Positions 19,471 to 28,609 of a DNA stretch of 64,000 nt are shown here, piece after piece. A model generated the notes under the pieces. It saw only the letters and a list, made by a program, of their open reading frames with translations. It made no database searches and was not told the DNA's origin. A program made the position numbers and the translations under genes. Position 1 is the stretch's first letter. Each line of letters opens with the position of its first letter. The stretch is from a bacterium (lineage in GTDB: Bacteria; SAR324; XYD2-FULL-50-16): assembly GCA_024275165.1 (NCBI GenBank), contig JAJRZQ010000002.1, positions 76,679 to 140,678 of the forward strand, in the 5' to 3' direction.

Positions 19471-20216
19471 AAGCCGTTGAAGTTTGCCCAGACAAACCAT
19501 AATAAGGTTAAAATTTCAGTAACTTCACCAGCGGCCCCTAAGAGGTCTCCGGTGATTCCGCCGAGGCGCCGCTGGGCCAAAAAGCCAACCCCTTCGGTGC
19601 TCACCAGGGCCATCAGTAGGGCGCCTCCCCCGACCATTCCAAAGGGCCAAGCGCAGGCCAGGGCCCCGGCCCAGGCAAGGCCGGCCTGCCAAAGCTTAGC
19701 CTGGTCCACCCAGTTTTTCCCCGTACCAGAGCGGTTGGCGTAGTTTTGCCGGTAAGCGAGCCAAGCCATGCCCGCCCGGGAAGCGGGCAGCAGGCTCAAG
19801 AGCCACCAAACCTGCCCCCCTTGCAGCAGCAAAACGAGCAATTGCCATTTGAGGGTTAGGGCAAAAAAGAGGGAGATCACCCCAAAGCTGCCTAAACGAG
19901 GGTCTTTGAGGATCAACAACCGTTCGCTTTTTGGTTTTAGGGCGAAAAGGCCGTCGGCCGCGTCGGCTAAGCCATCAAGGTGCATGGAGCCGGTCAAGAG
20001 GCTCCACAATAGAAGGAGCAGCAGAGCCAATAGACTAGGGGGAAGCTCAGAAGAAAGGGCGGTTGCCAGGGAAGCCAAAATCGAGCCTAGGCCTAAACCG
20101 ATCCAGGGGAACCAAGGTAAGGCTTGCTGCACCGGGCTAGAGCGAGGAGGAAAAAAGGGGATCGCCGTCAGGGTCGAAAAAGCGGTCAGAAAGGAGTCCA
20201 CCAGAGGCCTTATCAT
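19467..20216 (-). CDS. cobS: adenosylcobinamide-GDP ribazoletransferase (cobalamin synthase)
   Basis: multi-TM 249 aa protein with conserved DGLAD(A)ADG motif, operon with cobU/cobT. Confidence 0.85.
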   Translation of the reverse strand: MIRPLVDSFLTAFSTLTAIPFFPPRSSPVQQALPWFPWIGLGLGSILASLATALSSELPPSLLALLLLLLWSLLTGSMHLDGLADAADGLFALKPKSERLLILKDPRLGSFGVISLFFALTLKWQLLVLLLQGGQVWWLLSLLPASRAGMAWLAYRQNYANRSGTGKNWVDQAKLWQAGLAWAGALACAWPFGMVGGGALLMALVSTEGVGFLAQRRLGGITGDLLGAAGEVTEILTLLWFVWANFNGL

Positions 20217-20254
20217 GGGGCCTCCATTTGAAATGTCCGCATGATTCCTGTTCC

Positions 20255-20410
20255 ACGAGGGGTTGATGCCTTAAGGCTTTGACGGGCTCTGACTTATCCT
20301 CATGGGGGACTTACAGTTGCGGGCCAGTGAGGGATTTACACCCTGCTTCACCGTCTTGAAAAATCAAGCTAGCGGTTTTCTGGAGGGGAGTCAAACCCCT
20401 TGTCCGAAAA
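20255..20410 (-). promoter_or_regulatory. cobalamin (AdoCbl) riboswitch in 5' leader of cobS-cobU-cobT
   Basis: minus-strand sequence GGTGTAAATCCCTCACTGGCCCGCAACTGTAAG...AAGTCAGAGCCCGTC matches the conserved cobalamin riboswitch core (GGTGnnAAnTCC..CnGnCCCGCaACnGTAA) and B12-box-like AGTCAGA..CC; SD GGAGG lies immediately downstream. Confidence 0.8.
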
Positions 20411-20436
20411 AGGCTCAACCCCTAAAATAAAGTAAA

Positions 20437-20480
20437 GGAACCTCTGAAAAAGTCCATCCTTGGACTTTTTCAGCTTTGGC
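20437..20480. repeat. palindromic hairpin sharing the MITE terminal motif (ggaacctctgaaaaa)
   Basis: ggaacctctGAAAAAGTCCAtccTTGGACTTTTTCagc; first 15 nt identical to 61440-61454. Confidence 0.7.
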
Positions 20481-20608
20481 GATTAGGGAGTGAATTCTTG
20501 ATCACCCAACAAATCAATTCACTTTGTGCATTGATTTGGCGGAGCGGGCCTGCCTCGCAAGGCAACTCGGAGTTTTTCCCTCAACCTTGAATCCATTTTT
20601 TTTGAATT

Positions 20609-21283
20609 ATGAACGCCTATAGCCTACACAATCATACTTTTCGTTGCCAACACGCGGTGGGCGATGTCGCGGAACTAGCCCAAGCGGCCCTGAAAGGGGG
20701 TTGCCGGGTCTTAGGGGTTTCGGATCACACCCCCTTGCCGGATCACCAATGGCCCACGGTACGCATGGGCATGGATGAATTGGACGGCTATTGCCAAGCG
20801 ATTGACCAGGGGCGGATTGATTTTCCCTCGTTGAGGATTTTAAAAGGAATGGAATGCGAGTGGTCAAAGGAGTACCAAGCCTTTTATCAAGAGGAACTGT
20901 TCGGCAAACGAAGCTTTGATTATCTCATTGGCGCGGGGCATTTTTATCAAATTGGAGGGGAATGGCATAGCGGGTTTACCGACTTGAGCGGGGCCAAGGA
21001 ATTGCGGGCCTATGCCGAGTGGCTGACCCAGATGATGCAAAGCGGGATCTTTGCCTTTATTGCCCACCCCGATTTATTTGGTTGTTGCAACGAGGCCTGG
21101 AACCCCGACTTAGCGGCCTGTTCCCATGATATTCTCAGTGCTGCCGCGGCGACCCAGACCCCTTTAGAGATCAATGCCAACGGCTTTCGTAAAGCTTGGC
21201 GCGCCCCTGGTGGGGGCAGAAGTTGTCCCTATCCTTGGGAGCCTTTTGGGAGTTGGCGGGGGAATATTCCCTTCAGGTTTTAA
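20609..21283 (+). CDS. PHP-family phosphatase (HisJ-like histidinol-phosphatase family), apparently frameshifted near 21200
   Basis: N-term YSLHNHTFRCQHA...GVSDHTP; conserved C-terminal ISADAHHP lies in a different frame (21196-21387). Confidence 0.6.
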   Translation: MNAYSLHNHTFRCQHAVGDVAELAQAALKGGCRVLGVSDHTPLPDHQWPTVRMGMDELDGYCQAIDQGRIDFPSLRILKGMECEWSKEYQAFYQEELFGKRSFDYLIGAGHFYQIGGEWHSGFTDLSGAKELRAYAEWLTQMMQSGIFAFIAHPDLFGCCNEAWNPDLAACSHDILSAAAATQTPLEINANGFRKAWRAPGGGRSCPYPWEPFGSWRGNIPFRF

Positions 21284-21491
21284 TCAGCGCGGACGCCCAT
21301 CATCCCAAGCAACTTTTCACCGAGCTGGAACCCTGTTATTCTTTATCCCATCGTTTTGGTTTGAAGTTGTGGCGGGGGTTAGAATAAAAATGTGGGTGTA
21401 TACAGGGTTTGCAGCCCTTTTCTAGGTTATTTCTTGCAAAGCCATGCTATAGCTTGCTATGGAAGTAGAGAGACTTAATAACGCATGAGCC

Positions 21492-24400
21492 ATGATTCGC
21501 TTCAGTTTAATCTTTTTATCGTTGCTGTTGATGACGCGGCTCCTTGGGGCCATCCCCAGCCCTGAGGCCGGTAAAATTAATCTAACAAACTGGAATATAA
21601 AAGAAAATAAAATTATTTCTTTGGCAGGGGAATGGCTCTTTGAAAAAGAGGGTGTACAAAGTCCCTTGCGAGTCCCCGGCAGTTGGAATCCAAAAAGCAA
21701 GGCAACCCCTTTAGGGATGGGGGTCTATCGCTTAACCCTTGTCTTGCCTCCCGACCCTTCCCCTTTAAAAATACATTTTCGCGCCATTCACGGGGCACAT
21801 CGTTTTTTTGTGAATGATACCTTCGTTGGCGAGGGGGGGTACGCGGGGGCGGAACAATTGCGTTCTTATCTTTATCCCCTTCCGCATGGAGAGCTGGTCC
21901 AACTCCGCTTGGAAATAGAAAACAGGGCGCATGATCAAGGTGGACTGGTAAAAACAGTTGAGTTGGGGCAAGCCGAGGCGATGAATCGGCAAGCATTGCG
22001 CCGATTTGCCTGGAATTTGTTGATTTTTATCGTTTTGTTGGTCATGGCTATGTATCACCTTGGGTTTTATTGGCTGCAACAAGAGATGAAGCATCACCTT
22101 TACTTTGCCCTGCTCTGCTTGTTTGCCGCTCCCATGCAGTTGATTGTCAGTGACGGCTATTGGCTTGGTTTATTTCCCCAGCTCAGTTGGGGGTTTGTCG
22201 AGCGGGTTTCGTCGCTGATCGAACTCACTTTGGTGTGGGTTCTTTTGCGTTTGGGGCAGACTTTGGCTCAAGGCCGCCAGGAAGGGAAGATATACAAATT
22301 ATTTTTTGCCTCTATTTTTGTATTGGCGGCGGCGGCGCTGTTTTGGCCCCTGGTGTATTATAATGTTCTGATGTATCTGATTGACGCTTGGCTTTGGGCC
22401 GCCTTATTGGGGATGACCTTCTTGTTCTTGAAAGGTTATCGCTCCCGGCAAAGCGGGGTGTTGCTGTACCTGATCGAAGGCTCCATCTGCCTGTTGACTC
22501 TAGCCAATGATATCGCCTATGACTTCGGGTATAGCCCCCTGGGCCTGTTCACTCCCTTGGCGGTCATTATTATTGTTTTTATTGAGACCTTTTTTGTTGC
22601 CCGCAGGTTTAATGTTCGCAATCTCGTGATGGAGGATTTATCCAGTCGCGTCTTATGGGAGCAGGCGCAAGGGCGGATTCGCCGCCTCTATGAGGGGGTG
22701 GTGGGGCAAGGTTCGAAGGGGGTGCAAGGCCCTTTGCGTTCCTTATTGCATTTGGCGCAAAAACTTTTGGCCGAGGTGGGGAAACTCTCCCCGGAGGTAC
22801 GGCTTGATGTGGAGGCGGTTTATTTTCAAAGCCTTCGTCTGGGGGCGACTTTAGGCGATATTTTGGATTTTGTCCAAAATGAGGAATTGGAGATCCACTC
22901 AGAAAGTCTCGATCTTTTTTTTCAGGTGGAGACCGTCATTCGTATGCTGAATACCTGGGCGCAGGATCAAGGAGTCGAACTGCGCAACCAATGTCCCCAT
23001 AATTTGATCGTTTGGGCCGACCCTTTACGCCTACAGCAGGTTTTGCTGAATCTGCTCGATAACGCGATTCGTTATGGTCAAGGGCCCATTCGGGTGGCGG
23101 TCGAGGCGGGGGACGAAGAATGCGAGATCCTCATTTGCGATGCGGGCCCCGGTTTACCGCAAGTTTGGCAAGACTGGTTGCGGGGGGTGATTGTACTCCA
23201 GCCCGAGAGCCAAGGCAGGACCTTGGGCTTATGGATTTGCAAGCGGCTTTTAGAGGCCCAAGGGACTCAATTGCGGCTCAAGGCCGGCGATCTTGAGCAA
23301 ACCTGTCTGGGCTTTGGTTTAACCCGAGCCCAAGCTCCCGTGGAAACGCCTCTGGTAGAAGTCGGCGAAGACTTGCCCGACCCTCCGAGTTTACCGATGG
23401 AAGCGACGATTTTGGTGGTGGACGATGAGCCGGCGAACATTATGCTGATGACTCAATTTTTGGCCCAGGCTCAGTTGCGGGTGATTAGCGCCAGTAATGC
23501 CATGCACGCGTTGGAATTGGTCGATGAGCAGGTGCCGGACTTGGTGATTTTAGATTTGTTGATGCCCTGGATGAGCGGCTTTGAACTGTGCGCTAAGTTG
23601 CGAGAATATTACGACCCCGTGCAATTGCCCATTATCGTGGTCACGGGGGTGCAAGATATGTCGAGCTTGATCAAGCTGCTGGATGTAGGAGCCAATGACT
23701 ATATTGCCAAACCCTTTCAACAAGCGGAGCTTTTAGCGAGAGTCAAGGGCCAATTGCGACTCAAGGAGCTGGGGCAATACAAAGAAGAACTCAGCCGCCG
23801 CAAGTTGATGGAAAAAGATTTACAACAGGCTTGGTCGAGGCTCGGGCTGCTGATGGAGCATAGCTTGAACGGGCTGTTTTTTTTAAACCAGGAAGGTTGT
23901 TTTTCCTATGTGAATGTTGTAGCCGCGGCGGTTTTGGAACAGGATGTAAAGCGAATGAAGGGGTTGTGTTTTGAGGATGTGTTTAATGAGCCCTGGCAAG
24001 AGCAAAACTGGCAAGTGAATCCAGAACAGGTTTTAAGTTTAAAGGGAAACGGCAAAGAGGTTCATTGTTCCTTTGTCCTATTAGAAGATAGTTCCGGGGT
24101 GCATTTTGCGGGGTTGGTCTCAGAGAGTCTTTTGCTCCGTTCCGGTCAGATCATCAAGATGAAAACGGTAAGCCGGCAAGAGGGGGTAGAGAAGTTGGAG
24201 GTGGTTTGCAAAGATGTACTGCGGTTGGCGCAGAAGGAGGGGAGTACGATTCTTTCTTGTGTGCAGCGTTTAGAAGCGAGCTTGCTGGAACTCAACAGCG
24301 ACTTGGCGACCCAAGAGTTTCGCAAGTCCTTAGTGGAACTGATGCAGCTTGCCTTAGATACTTGGATGAAGAAAACAAAAAAGGGAAAATTGGAATTAGC

Positions 24401-24647
24401 CGAAGAGTCGGGGATTTGGCGCGCTACCTTAGATAACGGGGTGTACCGCACCCGAACCTTGGATAAATATTTAACCCTAGATGCTCTACCGGTTAAACCT
24501 CGTTGGAAGGATGTAGTACAAACCGCAGAGTTTGTGCTCGAACAATTACGCAAAAAGAAAGTGGTTTCTCGTAATTTGGAACGGGCGATTGAGGAAATTA
24601 AAAAAATCGCGGCATCCTTGGAAGAACGGCGTATTTTTACCAGTTAG
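21492..24647 (+). CDS. hybrid sensor histidine kinase/response regulator with 7TMR-DISM extracellular + 7TM sensor and long C-terminal extension
   Basis: signal peptide, ~7 TM segments, HATPase motifs NLLDNAIRYG...DAGPGLP, receiver ILVVDDEPANIMLM...DLVILDLLMPWMSG, plus ~330 aa beyond REC. Confidence 0.75.
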   Translation: MIRFSLIFLSLLLMTRLLGAIPSPEAGKINLTNWNIKENKIISLAGEWLFEKEGVQSPLRVPGSWNPKSKATPLGMGVYRLTLVLPPDPSPLKIHFRAIHGAHRFFVNDTFVGEGGYAGAEQLRSYLYPLPHGELVQLRLEIENRAHDQGGLVKTVELGQAEAMNRQALRRFAWNLLIFIVLLVMAMYHLGFYWLQQEMKHHLYFALLCLFAAPMQLIVSDGYWLGLFPQLSWGFVERVSSLIELTLVWVLLRLGQTLAQGRQEGKIYKLFFASIFVLAAAALFWPLVYYNVLMYLIDAWLWAALLGMTFLFLKGYRSRQSGVLLYLIEGSICLLTLANDIAYDFGYSPLGLFTPLAVIIIVFIETFFVARRFNVRNLVMEDLSSRVLWEQAQGRIRRLYEGVVGQGSKGVQGPLRSLLHLAQKLLAEVGKLSPEVRLDVEAVYFQSLRLGATLGDILDFVQNEELEIHSESLDLFFQVETVIRMLNTWAQDQGVELRNQCPHNLIVWADPLRLQQVLLNLLDNAIRYGQGPIRVAVEAGDEECEILICDAGPGLPQVWQDWLRGVIVLQPESQGRTLGLWICKRLLEAQGTQLRLKAGDLEQTCLGFGLTRAQAPVETPLVEVGEDLPDPPSLPMEATILVVDDEPANIMLMTQFLAQAQLRVISASNAMHALELVDEQVPDLVILDLLMPWMSGFELCAKLREYYDPVQLPIIVVTGVQDMSSLIKLLDVGANDYIAKPFQQAELLARVKGQLRLKELGQYKEELSRRKLMEKDLQQAWSRLGLLMEHSLNGLFFLNQEGCFSYVNVVAAAVLEQDVKRMKGLCFEDVFNEPWQEQNWQVNPEQVLSLKGNGKEVHCSFVLLEDSSGVHFAGLVSESLLLRSGQIIKMKTVSRQEGVEKLEVVCKDVLRLAQKEGSTILSCVQRLEASLLELNSDLATQEFRKSLVELMQLALDTWMKKTKKGKLELAEESGIWRATLDNGVYRTRTLDKYLTLDALPVKPRWKDVVQTAEFVLEQLRKKKVVSRNLERAIEEIKKIAASLEERRIFTS

Positions 24648-24868
24648 ATTTAATTGAAAATATGTAAAAACAAACCGATAAAAATAAATTTTTGCTATGA
24701 TCAGCCTTTTTTCCCTTCCTTACTTTGACCGATTTCTTTCTTGAACATCTTGCCTCGTCCTAGGTAGATTACCTTATAGATTCCCCCAAGTCGGCTTGAA
24801 AATTCGATTTGACGGGTTTCTCTTTGTACCTTGTATAAGCCCATGTGAAACCATCAAGAGAGGAAAAA

Positions 24869-25153
24869 ATGAGTAAAGTGACGAAGGCAGACCTGATTCA
24901 GGATGTTGCCGGTAAAGTAGGATTATCTAAAACCCAAACTGAAAAAACCATTAACGCTATTTTTGAAGGCTTGACGGGGGCCATGTCCAGTCAGCGCAAA
25001 ATCGCTTTGGTCGGCTTTGGGACTTTTTACACAGCCCAGCGCGCCGCTCGTGAAGGGTTAAACCCTCAGACGGGAAAGCGGATTCAGATTCCTTCTGCTA
25101 AAGTGGCAAAGTTTCGTGTAGGGAAAAACTTGAAAGAAGCGGTGAATGCTTAA
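24869..25153 (+). CDS. hup: HU family DNA-binding protein
   Basis: MSKVTKADLIQDVAGK...INAIFEG...GFGTF...R.AREGLNPQTG..I.IPS motif pattern; RBS gagagg. Confidence 0.9.
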   Translation: MSKVTKADLIQDVAGKVGLSKTQTEKTINAIFEGLTGAMSSQRKIALVGFGTFYTAQRAAREGLNPQTGKRIQIPSAKVAKFRVGKNLKEAVNA

Positions 25154-25354
25154 TAGAGTTTTGAAAAATTCCCACTTACCTTTGATAAAGAAGAGAGTTG
25201 TATCCCCTTTCTGAGTCTGTTGGTGGGGGGGAATCTATTTTTAAGTCCAATGAAGTTGAAATTAAAAGAGGATGGGAAATAAAATTTTCTATCCTCTTGC
25301 AAATCAAAACGACTCATTTTTGGATTGGGCAACCCCTCTCTGGGTTGCCTAGAA

Positions 25355-25385
25355 ACCTCTGCATACTCAGAGGTTCCTCAATTGA
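25355..25385. repeat. isolated hairpin related to the MITE 5' terminus
   Basis: gaaacctctg-catact-cagaggttcc, cf. ggaaactctg-aaaacg-cagaggttcc at 8795. Confidence 0.55.
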
Positions 25386-25481
25386 TTGTTGATTCGGGTT
25401 TGATTTTTTGTTTTTTCCTCTGGCTAGGGGCAGCGCCTTTTCTTCCCTTTTTGTTAACGCAAGTGGATCCCTTTATTTTTT

Positions 25482-26534
25482 TTAGGCCTTTGGTTTTGGG
25501 TAAAGCTGCGCCTTTTTTACCCTCGGTGTTTTTTGTACTTGGGCGGCGGCCTGTTTAGTTGAGCTGATTTTTAGAAGCCTCGACCCGGCTTTAGGTAGGG
25601 AGGGGAGTTCCGCCTTGTTGAAGCGGGCTTTGAAGCTCGATTTGACCGGGGTGGCCAAGAGGGGTGAGCTGACCTTTAAGGCTCGTGGCAAGAGGGTAAA
25701 ACTGGCGGGGAGGTGCCCGATTTCTACCCCATCGGCAATGAGAGCGTGTTCTTCTCCAACGGCGCGGACTTCCAATTGAGAAAATTGCTGGGTATAAACC
25801 TCTGCGTCGTTGCCCTCGCTGAAGAGTTGTCTTAAGCTTTGCGCTGTGAACGATTGAGTCTGGTTGATTTGATAATAGCGAAATTTATGCTGAAACCCGC
25901 GTTGGATCTCGCATAGTTGGGGCCCATGGGTTACTTGGCTGCCGAGTAAAATGACGGCAAAGAGGTAAGCCCCATTGTAGACCACTTTGTGCTCTGTCAT
26001 TAAGCTGATTTGGCTTAAGCTTTTGGGTGCGTTGAAGCCCCTGGCAAAGAGCAATCGGCCTAAGACCCCTTGAAGCAGGCGGGGTAATTTGGGCTGAGGC
26101 AGACGCAGGAGGATATCGTTTAAAACCAACCAACTTTGTGGGCCTCCACTGAAATCAGTGCAATGACAGCGCACTAAGCTCATCATAATGTGGTTTTTAC
26201 TGCGCAATAAGGCTAAGAGCGATTTGTCGTCTGGGGGGTAGTTTAACCCCTGGCAAAGGGCAGAATCCCCTTCGCTGGGCAAAAAGGTGACCAAGACCCC
26301 CTCGTTGGCCAGGGGGGGGTAGATTAAGTTGATCACCCGAGAACAACCCGCATCAGTGCCGACAATCATCACTCGGTCGAGCTTTGGGGGGAGGTCGATG
26401 GAACCGGCGGAGGAATCGACAAAAATCATCTCCGCCTCTGGCATCGCGCTTAGAAAGCTTGCTTGATGCCTGCGCCAGAAATTCGTGGTCTTGGGGCAGC
26501 GTAGCGAGTCGATAATAAAGAGTTGCTGGGTCAT
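25482..26534 (-). CDS. hypothetical protein, weak resemblance to DAGK/YegS lipid-kinase catalytic domain, Lys-rich C-terminal tail
   Basis: LFIIDS...VMIVGTDAGCSRVINLI loosely resembles the NP..G / GGDGT lipid-kinase pattern; tail KTPRVKKAQLYPKPKA. Confidence 0.35.
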   Translation of the reverse strand: MTQQLFIIDSLRCPKTTNFWRRHQASFLSAMPEAEMIFVDSSAGSIDLPPKLDRVMIVGTDAGCSRVINLIYPPLANEGVLVTFLPSEGDSALCQGLNYPPDDKSLLALLRSKNHIMMSLVRCHCTDFSGGPQSWLVLNDILLRLPQPKLPRLLQGVLGRLLFARGFNAPKSLSQISLMTEHKVVYNGAYLFAVILLGSQVTHGPQLCEIQRGFQHKFRYYQINQTQSFTAQSLRQLFSEGNDAEVYTQQFSQLEVRAVGEEHALIADGVEIGHLPASFTLLPRALKVSSPLLATPVKSSFKARFNKAELPSLPKAGSRLLKISSTKQAAAQVQKTPRVKKAQLYPKPKA

Positions 26535-26642
26535 AAGGGGTACCTTTTTTTTTTAGTTTAAAGACTTGTTGAGCGAGTTGCAAGGGGGTTTGACTTTGCC
26601 GGGAGTGGGCTTTAGACTGAGGCCAAAGGACTCAAGGGATTT

Positions 26643-28055
26643 ATGGACGCTAAGTTACGCATACGCCTTCTACAGGTGATTCAGCGGCATCGCCCGGTGC
26701 GGTTGTTGGTCGCGGGGGATATCATATTGGATAAATACACCTGGGGAGAGGTGGAACGAATCAGCCCCGAGGCGCCGATTCCGGTGGTCAAGGTGGTCAA
26801 GGAAGAATACCGACTCGGGGGCTCGGCCTCTGTGGTGGCCAATTTAGCGGCCTTAGACTGTCAGGTGCTCCCGCTGGGATGGGTGGGGCAAGACGCGGCA
26901 GGGGATCAGGTTTTGCGGCTATTCCAGGATTTAAAGGTGGAGGTCGCCGGGGTCTTGCGCCTCCAACGGGCCACCACGCTGAAGGATCGGCTTTTAACCA
27001 AGCAACAACAATTGTTGAGAGTGGACTTTGAAGCACCAACGGCAAAGGATACAGGCCTGCAACAGGCCTTGCGGGACAAGGCGGAAAGCTTATTGCGACA
27101 GGCCGACGCGGTGGTGCTTTCCGATTACGCCAAAGGGGTGCTTTCTCCAGGGCTTTTAAGTTTTCTCATTCAAGGGGCTGAGGCCAAACAAATCCCGGTG
27201 ATCTGCGACCCCGGTAAGGGGGTGCCCCTAGAGCATTACCAAGGGGTCACTACCTTAAAGCCCAATCGAATGGAAACCGAAGGGGCTACGGGGATGAAGA
27301 TTCAGGATCAAGCCAGTTTATTGGCCGCTGCGAAGGCGGTGAAAGAAAAAACAGGGGCGCAATTTCTTTCTCTCAGTTTAGATAAAGAAGGCATTCTTTA
27401 TTATCAAGATGAAACTCATTGGGAGGTTTTAGCTACAGAGGCAAGAGAGGTCTATGATGTCACCGGGGCAGGGGATATGGTGGTGAGCGTGATCGCCTGC
27501 CTTTTAGCCCAGCAGGTGCCCCCGATTGAGGCCTTAGCCCTGGCCAATGTGGCGGCGGAAATCGAGATCGGGCATATGGGCGTGGTGCCCATTCCCTTTA
27601 GCGAAATCCGAGATTTTTTGGTGCAGGGCCGCTTGGAGCGAAAAATCACCACTATCGAAGAAATCTTAGCCGAAAAGGGAGAGGGAGAGCAATTGCTCTT
27701 TACCAACGGTTATTTCGACCAACTCTCCGCTGGGCACTTGCGTTTTTTGATCGAGGCGGCTCGTTTACCCGGTAAATTGGTGGTGGCCATCAACAGTGAC
27801 GCGAGCATTCAGGCCCGCAAGGGGGAATTGCCTTTGTTGACGCAAGCGGACCGGGCCCGTTTGTTGGCCAGTTTAGAAAAGGTTTGGAAGGTTTTGATCT
27901 TTGAAGAAGAGGACGCGAGTCCGTTGATTATAAAACTTCGGCCCGAAGTGGTGGTGAAGGGGGAGCGTTTTCGGGGGCGGGAACTCTCCGAATCGCAAGC
28001 CATTGCTCAGGTGGGGGCGAAGATCGAATATATCCCCCACTTTAGTTATTCTTAA
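26643..28055 (+). CDS. hldE: bifunctional D-glycero-beta-D-manno-heptose-7-phosphate kinase / heptose-1-phosphate adenylyltransferase
   Basis: ribokinase-like domain I (VAGDIILDKYTWGEVERISPEAPIPV) + cytidylyltransferase domain II (TNGYFDQLSAGHLRFL). Confidence 0.9.
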   Translation: MDAKLRIRLLQVIQRHRPVRLLVAGDIILDKYTWGEVERISPEAPIPVVKVVKEEYRLGGSASVVANLAALDCQVLPLGWVGQDAAGDQVLRLFQDLKVEVAGVLRLQRATTLKDRLLTKQQQLLRVDFEAPTAKDTGLQQALRDKAESLLRQADAVVLSDYAKGVLSPGLLSFLIQGAEAKQIPVICDPGKGVPLEHYQGVTTLKPNRMETEGATGMKIQDQASLLAAAKAVKEKTGAQFLSLSLDKEGILYYQDETHWEVLATEAREVYDVTGAGDMVVSVIACLLAQQVPPIEALALANVAAEIEIGHMGVVPIPFSEIRDFLVQGRLERKITTIEEILAEKGEGEQLLFTNGYFDQLSAGHLRFLIEAARLPGKLVVAINSDASIQARKGELPLLTQADRARLLASLEKVWKVLIFEEEDASPLIIKLRPEVVVKGERFRGRELSESQAIAQVGAKIEYIPHFSYS

Positions 28056-28609
28056 TGTTGCGCATTACCGCGGGGAGCCTGAAAAATCGTCGGCTCCAAA
28101 GCTTGCCGGGGGCGCAAACCAGGCCCACCCTAGAAAAAACCAGGGCCATGATCTGCAATAGCTTGGCGGCTCGGTACGACTTAAGGGATTTTCACCTGAT
28201 TGATCTCTTTGCCGGAACCGGGGCCTTAGGTTTGGAACTCTATTCCTGGGGCGGCGGCCCTTTGGACTTGATTGAGCAGGAAGCGAAAACCTATCGGGTT
28301 CTCCAGGCAAACCTAGCCGCCTTAGGGGTGGAAAAATCAGCTAGGCTTTGGCAGGCTGATGGGGTAAGGTGGCTGCAAGAAAACCCCTTGGGCGATACTC
28401 CCTATTTGATTTTACTCGATCCGCCCTATGCCGGCGACTTGGCAGAGCGGGCCTTGCGGGTCTTAAGCCGCAGGCGGGCCCAGCTGGCGGGCTCGTTGGT
28501 GGTGGTGGAGCGGAGCAAACATCAAGGGTTGCCCCCCTTAGAGGGGGTGGAATTATTTAAATCCCGCGTCTTTGGGTCTACGGTGGTTGAATTTTTTGAG
28601 GTGCAATGA
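28055..28609 (+). CDS. rsmD: 16S rRNA (guanine966-N2)-methyltransferase
   Basis: IDLFAGTGALGLE, LDPPY motif. Confidence 0.85.
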   Translation: MLRITAGSLKNRRLQSLPGAQTRPTLEKTRAMICNSLAARYDLRDFHLIDLFAGTGALGLELYSWGGGPLDLIEQEAKTYRVLQANLAALGVEKSARLWQADGVRWLQENPLGDTPYLILLDPPYAGDLAERALRVLSRRRAQLAGSLVVVERSKHQGLPPLEGVELFKSRVFGSTVVEFFEVQ

